In this document: piece by piece, positions 40,881 through 44,132 of the stretch
Layout of the letters: each line of letters opens with the position of its first letter
How positions within the stretch are numbered: position 1 is the first letter of the stretch
Source: an uncultured Gammaproteobacteria bacterium
GTDB taxonomy: Bacteria; Pseudomonadota; Gammaproteobacteria; Magnimaribacterales; D2472
Assembly (NCBI GenBank): GCA_964014565.1
Contig: CAXGZN010000003.1
Location: 1-44,132, forward strand
Direction: 5' to 3'
DNA: 44,132 bases
Made by a program: the position numbers and the translations under genes
The notes under the pieces: model-generated
What the model was told of the DNA's origin: nothing
What the model saw: only the letters and a program-made list of their open reading frames with translations
The model's database searches: none

Positions 40881-41749
40881 TATGCTTCTTCTCCAATTGT
40901 TAAAATGCTCCCCTCAAAAAAATGAGGTGGTACAGTTAAATTAGTAGGTGCTGGAACACCTTTATAAACTCTCCCAACTAAATCAAACATTGAACCATGA
41001 CATGGGCAGAAAAAACCACCTGACCAAGAGGAATCCCATGGCTTTGGCTCAACTTCAGGATAATATTTAGGTGAGCACCCTAAATGAGTGCAAACTCCTG
41101 ATAAAACCGAATATTCTGAGCTTAAAGATCTAGTGGAATTAATGTTTTTGTATGGCTCATCAATATCATCTGAATTAGGATCAGCTAGTTTTGAGATTAC
41201 AGAACTCAAACCCGACAATGCAGATTTAGAATGTCTAATTATTAAAATAGGTTGTTTTCTCCATGAAACTTGAATTTGTTGACCAATCATCATTTTAGAT
41301 ACATCAACTTTCACCGCAGAGCCAATTGCTTTAGCTCTTGCGCTTGGGTTCCATGTAGTTATGAAAGGAGTAGCAGCAAAAGCCACACCGGCGGCAGCAA
41401 ATCCGGAAGTTAAACCAATCAATACTTTTCTTCTACCCTGATCTGGAACACTACTAAGACTTTCAGTAAGTTTATTAAGAGGTAACTTAACGTTAATACC
41501 AAAGCTCTCAAAAATATTCAGAAAATGCTGACTTAATTCTGATAAATCAGCCTTTTCGAGTTCGTCTAGTGCAGAAATAAGTTCGTCTCTTCTTAAAATT
41601 GCTTCATCTAAAACCTTAGTTTTCAAAGAAGTTTTTACAAAACTAGTCCCAATGACCTCTGCAACCTTTTCACTAACTCTTTTTTGAAAGAAATAAATAT
41701 CATTATTAGCTCCTCTAAGAGTTAGGTATTTTTCTATGGTATCAGACAT
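40880..41749 (-). CDS. petA: Rieske Fe-S subunit with ~100-aa N-terminal DUF6538-like domain
   Basis: CTHLGC and CPCHGS motifs; Tat-like GRRKVL plus TM at aa 105-130; extra N-terminal domain. Confidence 0.93.
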   Translation of the reverse strand: MSDTIEKYLTLRGANNDIYFFQKRVSEKVAEVIGTSFVKTSLKTKVLDEAILRRDELISALDELEKADLSELSQHFLNIFESFGINVKLPLNKLTESLSSVPDQGRRKVLIGLTSGFAAAGVAFAATPFITTWNPSARAKAIGSAVKVDVSKMMIGQQIQVSWRKQPILIIRHSKSALSGLSSVISKLADPNSDDIDEPYKNINSTRSLSSEYSVLSGVCTHLGCSPKYYPEVEPKPWDSSWSGGFFCPCHGSMFDLVGRVYKGVPAPTNLTVPPHFFEGSILTIGEEA

Positions 41750-41930
41750 TTCTTAAGGTTGATAAGTAGTTAAATGGCAGTAATTTAAGGTCTAGATTGA
41801 GCTTGTACCCATATGGTAAAAAAATAGTACTCACAGCAGAATAAATAAAAAAGATTCTTACACTGTAAAAAATGTAAAAAGATATAAAAAAACCTTTCAA
41901 ATTAGGGTATTTTATTATCAATGTACCCAT
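41742..41930 (-). CDS. Possible small hydrophobic ORF upstream of petA
   Basis: 62 codons, AAGGAAG 3 nt before ATG, 8-nt overlap with the petA start. May be a chance ORF in AT-rich DNA. Confidence 0.25.
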   Translation of the reverse strand: MGTLIIKYPNLKGFFISFYIFYSVRIFFIYSAVSTIFLPYGYKLNLDLKLLPFNYLSTLRNV

Positions 41931-41998
41931 ATACTTCCTTTTTTATATTGTTAAAGTACGCACAATATAATATAAAAAAATAGATAATGGAAGTATAT
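41804..41998. repeat. 11-bp direct repeat plus nested inverted repeats in the rpsI-petA spacer
   Basis: TGTACCCATAT at 41804-41814 and 41922-41932; ATATACTTCC (41929-41938)/GGAAGTATAT (41989-41998); TTATATTGT (41943-41951)/ACAATATAA (41962-41970). Confidence 0.7.
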
Positions 41999-42016
41999 TT
42001 CGGTAATAAATTAGAT

Positions 42017-42409
42017 CTATCTTTTTGAAAATTGCGAGCTCTTTCTTGCCTTCTTTAAACCAGGCTTTTTTCGCTCTACCTTTCTTGAATCTCTTGTAAG
42101 GAATCCAGCTTTTTTTAGCTGCGGTCTTAGCTCTTCATCAAGTAGTAAAAGAGCCCTAGAGATACCATGTCTGATTGCTCCTGCTTGACCAAAACTGCCT
42201 CCACCCTTAACTTTTGCAACTATGTCAACTTTATCAATTAAGTTACACAACTCAAGCGGTTGCTTAACAAGCATTTGAGCCACTTCTCTTCCAAAGTAGT
42301 CGGAAAGCTCTTTATTGTTTACCTTAATTGATCCTTCGCCTTGAGATAAATATATTCTTGCTGAAGATGTTTTCCTTCTTCCGGTTGCATAAAGTCTTTC
42401 ACTGCTCAT
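42017..42409 (-). CDS. rpsI: 30S ribosomal protein S9
   Basis: [23 protein letters not shown] and QFSKR motifs. Start 42409 overlaps the rplM stop (ATGA). Confidence 0.98.
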   Translation of the reverse strand: MSSERLYATGRRKTSSARIYLSQGEGSIKVNNKELSDYFGREVAQMLVKQPLELCNLIDKVDIVAKVKGGGSFGQAGAIRHGISRALLLLDEELRPQLKKAGFLTRDSRKVERKKPGLKKARKSSQFSKR

Positions 42410-42840
42410 ATTTTTGGGTTCCATTCACTTGGATTTTGAGATTCATGAGGATGCTCTGATCCGCTATATACCTTTAGTTTTTTAATGATTGATTTTCCTA
42501 GCTTGTTTTTAGGTAGCATTCCTTTAACTGCATTTTCAATAATTCTCTCAGGGGTGCTCTCAAGAACTTCTTTGAATGATTTTTCTTTAAGTCCACCTGG
42601 ATATAAGGAATGTTTATAGTATTTCTTTTGATCTGCCTTATTTCCAGTAACTTTTACCCTGTCTGCATTTATTACGACTACAAAATCACCACCATCGACA
42701 TGAGGTGTAAATGTTGGCTTGTCTTTGCCTCTGAGTTTATCTGCAATTTTAGTTGCAAAACGACCCAAAACTTTGTCTGAGGCATCGAATACAACCCAAT
42801 CTCTAACAACTTCAGTATTTTTTAAGCTAAATGTTTTCAT
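42406..42840 (-). CDS. rplM: 50S ribosomal protein L13
   Basis: [23 protein letters not shown] and HPH motifs. Confidence 0.98.
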   Translation of the reverse strand: MKTFSLKNTEVVRDWVVFDASDKVLGRFATKIADKLRGKDKPTFTPHVDGGDFVVVINADRVKVTGNKADQKKYYKHSLYPGGLKEKSFKEVLESTPERIIENAVKGMLPKNKLGKSIIKKLKVYSGSEHPHESQNPSEWNPKI

Positions 42841-42860
42841 ATCAATTTTTGTGTGGATGA

Positions 42861-42889
42861 ATATTAAAGGTTAAGAGCTATTTAATCAA
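42861..42889 (-). promoter_or_regulatory. Putative sigma70 promoter of rplM-rpsI
   Basis: TTGATT-N17-TAATAT on the minus strand. Confidence 0.6.
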
Positions 42890-42902
42890 TAATTTTTATA
42901 AT

Positions 42903-43928
42903 TTATTTATCATTAATATCTCGCATTTCTTCAATTCTACTTATCGTTCTATCCCATAGGAATGAAAGCTCTTCACCACTATAAAGGCTTTGAATATCAT
43001 CATTATTCAAAAAGAACTTAATTTTTACTTTTTCAATGTAAGCAATATCAATAAAACCGATAAACCTTCTAATAACATCCTTACCATAATCATCATTTTG
43101 TTCAAAATCATCGATGAAAAACCAGTCATAATTTTTACATATAGCTAAAAAATCAGAAATTGCTAAATTTTGTCTAAAAAATTCTTTATACGATAGCCAA
43201 ATAAAGTCTTTAGTATTGCCTTTGCATATAAAGGTTCTATCATTTATTTCAAGCTCTTTCTGAAGATCACCGATAAAGTTAAAGTTTTTCTTAATAAATT
43301 CAAAGATTTGATCTTGGCTAAAGTCTTTTCCACTCTTTGAGGAATTTAGATTTATATTCTTTAATCTATAATCCTTATCTCCAATGAATTCATACACCAC
43401 AAAGTTATCTTCTAACTGTTTAATTTGTTTGATAAATTTGTCTCTTTGAAGTCCATTTTTATAGAGGTTTTCTATCTTTGCATTTGATGTAAGCATTATG
43501 AAAACATTCATTTTTGATAATAAATTTAAAAGTTTACCGATTATCATTGCGTCTGAAACATCCTCAACTTGAAACTCATCAATAAAGAGTACTCTATGCT
43601 TTGAAGCTATTCTTTTTGAAATTTTTTCTAATGGATCTTTGGTGTTTTTAACCAACTCAAGCTCATTATGAATAAATCTCATGAACTCAATGAAATGATA
43701 TGAACATTTTGGAAGTTTAATTTCTTTAAATATTGCATTTAGCATCATGGTTTTTCCCCTTCCAACATCACCATGAACGTAACAACCTTTTTTTGATTTT
43801 TTTTTGAGGAAGTTGCCAAAAAAGGTCTTTCTAGGAAGATTTTTTTCAAAAATCTTTAGAAAGTTGTCTTGTTCATCATTTAAATGAATGCCATCTTCTG
43901 AAAACTTCTTTAAAATAGTTTGATACAT
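42903..43928 (-). CDS. zapE: AFG1/ZapE-family ATPase
   Basis: GDVGRGKT, FIDEFQVEDVSDAM, TSN, LYKNGLQRDKF and RTISRIEEM motifs. Confidence 0.94.
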   Translation of the reverse strand: MYQTILKKFSEDGIHLNDEQDNFLKIFEKNLPRKTFFGNFLKKKSKKGCYVHGDVGRGKTMMLNAIFKEIKLPKCSYHFIEFMRFIHNELELVKNTKDPLEKISKRIASKHRVLFIDEFQVEDVSDAMIIGKLLNLLSKMNVFIMLTSNAKIENLYKNGLQRDKFIKQIKQLEDNFVVYEFIGDKDYRLKNINLNSSKSGKDFSQDQIFEFIKKNFNFIGDLQKELEINDRTFICKGNTKDFIWLSYKEFFRQNLAISDFLAICKNYDWFFIDDFEQNDDYGKDVIRRFIGFIDIAYIEKVKIKFFLNNDDIQSLYSGEELSFLWDRTISRIEEMRDINDK

Positions 43929-43939
43929 ACTTTTTAGAA

Positions 43940-44132
43940 ATGGGAAATTATAAGTTTATCATTAGCGGTATTATATTTGCTGCATTTATTGGTTTAGTTT
44001 CATTCGAAACTGGTTATAAAAAAGGCTCTCAAGAAGATTTGTCCTATGCAGCTGAGAAAGCCTCATCATCAGTGGTAAATATATTTATAAGTAACAGAGG
44101 AATTAATAGAGCCAGGAATGCTGTAGGCTCTG
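43940..44132 (+). CDS. degS: DegS/HtrA-family serine protease (5' part only)
   Basis: Hand translation: MGNYKFIISGIIFAAFIGLVSF...SYAAEKASSSVVNIF...AVGS(G), i.e. a TM anchor plus VVNI and GSG motifs. Divergent from zapE as in other gammaproteobacteria. Confidence 0.7.
   Translation, partial: MGNYKFIISGIIFAAFIGLVSFETGYKKGSQEDLSYAAEKASSSVVNIFISNRGINRARNAVGS

Noticed and set aside
41750-42016. tRNA, CRISPR array or intact integrase/att site in the rpsI-petA spacer
   Set aside because: No cloverleaf or T-loop signature, only two repeat copies, and no recombinase catalytic domain anywhere in the window.

Overview
Low-GC, very gene-dense core-genome segment of a streamlined marine gammaproteobacterium. 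A SAR86-like lineage is inferred from composition, gene content and synteny. Almost all genes lie on the minus strand. In window order it contains: aspS (partial), an FmdB-type zinc ribbon gene, proS, DUF1993, selO, a thiolase, recA with a canonical LexA box, fdxA, the pyrG-kdsA-eno-ftsB-ispDF-surE-pcm-DUF368 operon, an AurF-like diiron gene, rpsF-rpsR-rplI-dnaB-alr, a rearranged dcw cluster, rnpB, rsmI/lpoA, petABC-sspA, rplM-rpsI, zapE and the start of degS. No CRISPR array, tRNA, rRNA or intact mobile element was seen. The most unusual signals are: (1) a Rieske PetA with an ~100-aa N-terminal domain resembling DUF6538 (integrase N-terminal type) ahead of an internal Tat motif, with repeats, a hairpin and a small ORF upstream; (2) a 7Fe ferredoxin fused to an ExbD/TolR-like C-terminal domain; (3) a pyrG leader built like the pyrC CTP-sensing start-site switch; (4) ftsZ relocated between mraZ and rsmH under AAAGTG-type MraZ boxes; (5) ProRS with the editing domain excised; (6) an orphan secreted protein inserted between murE and murF. 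All family calls are by motif recognition only; no searches were run.
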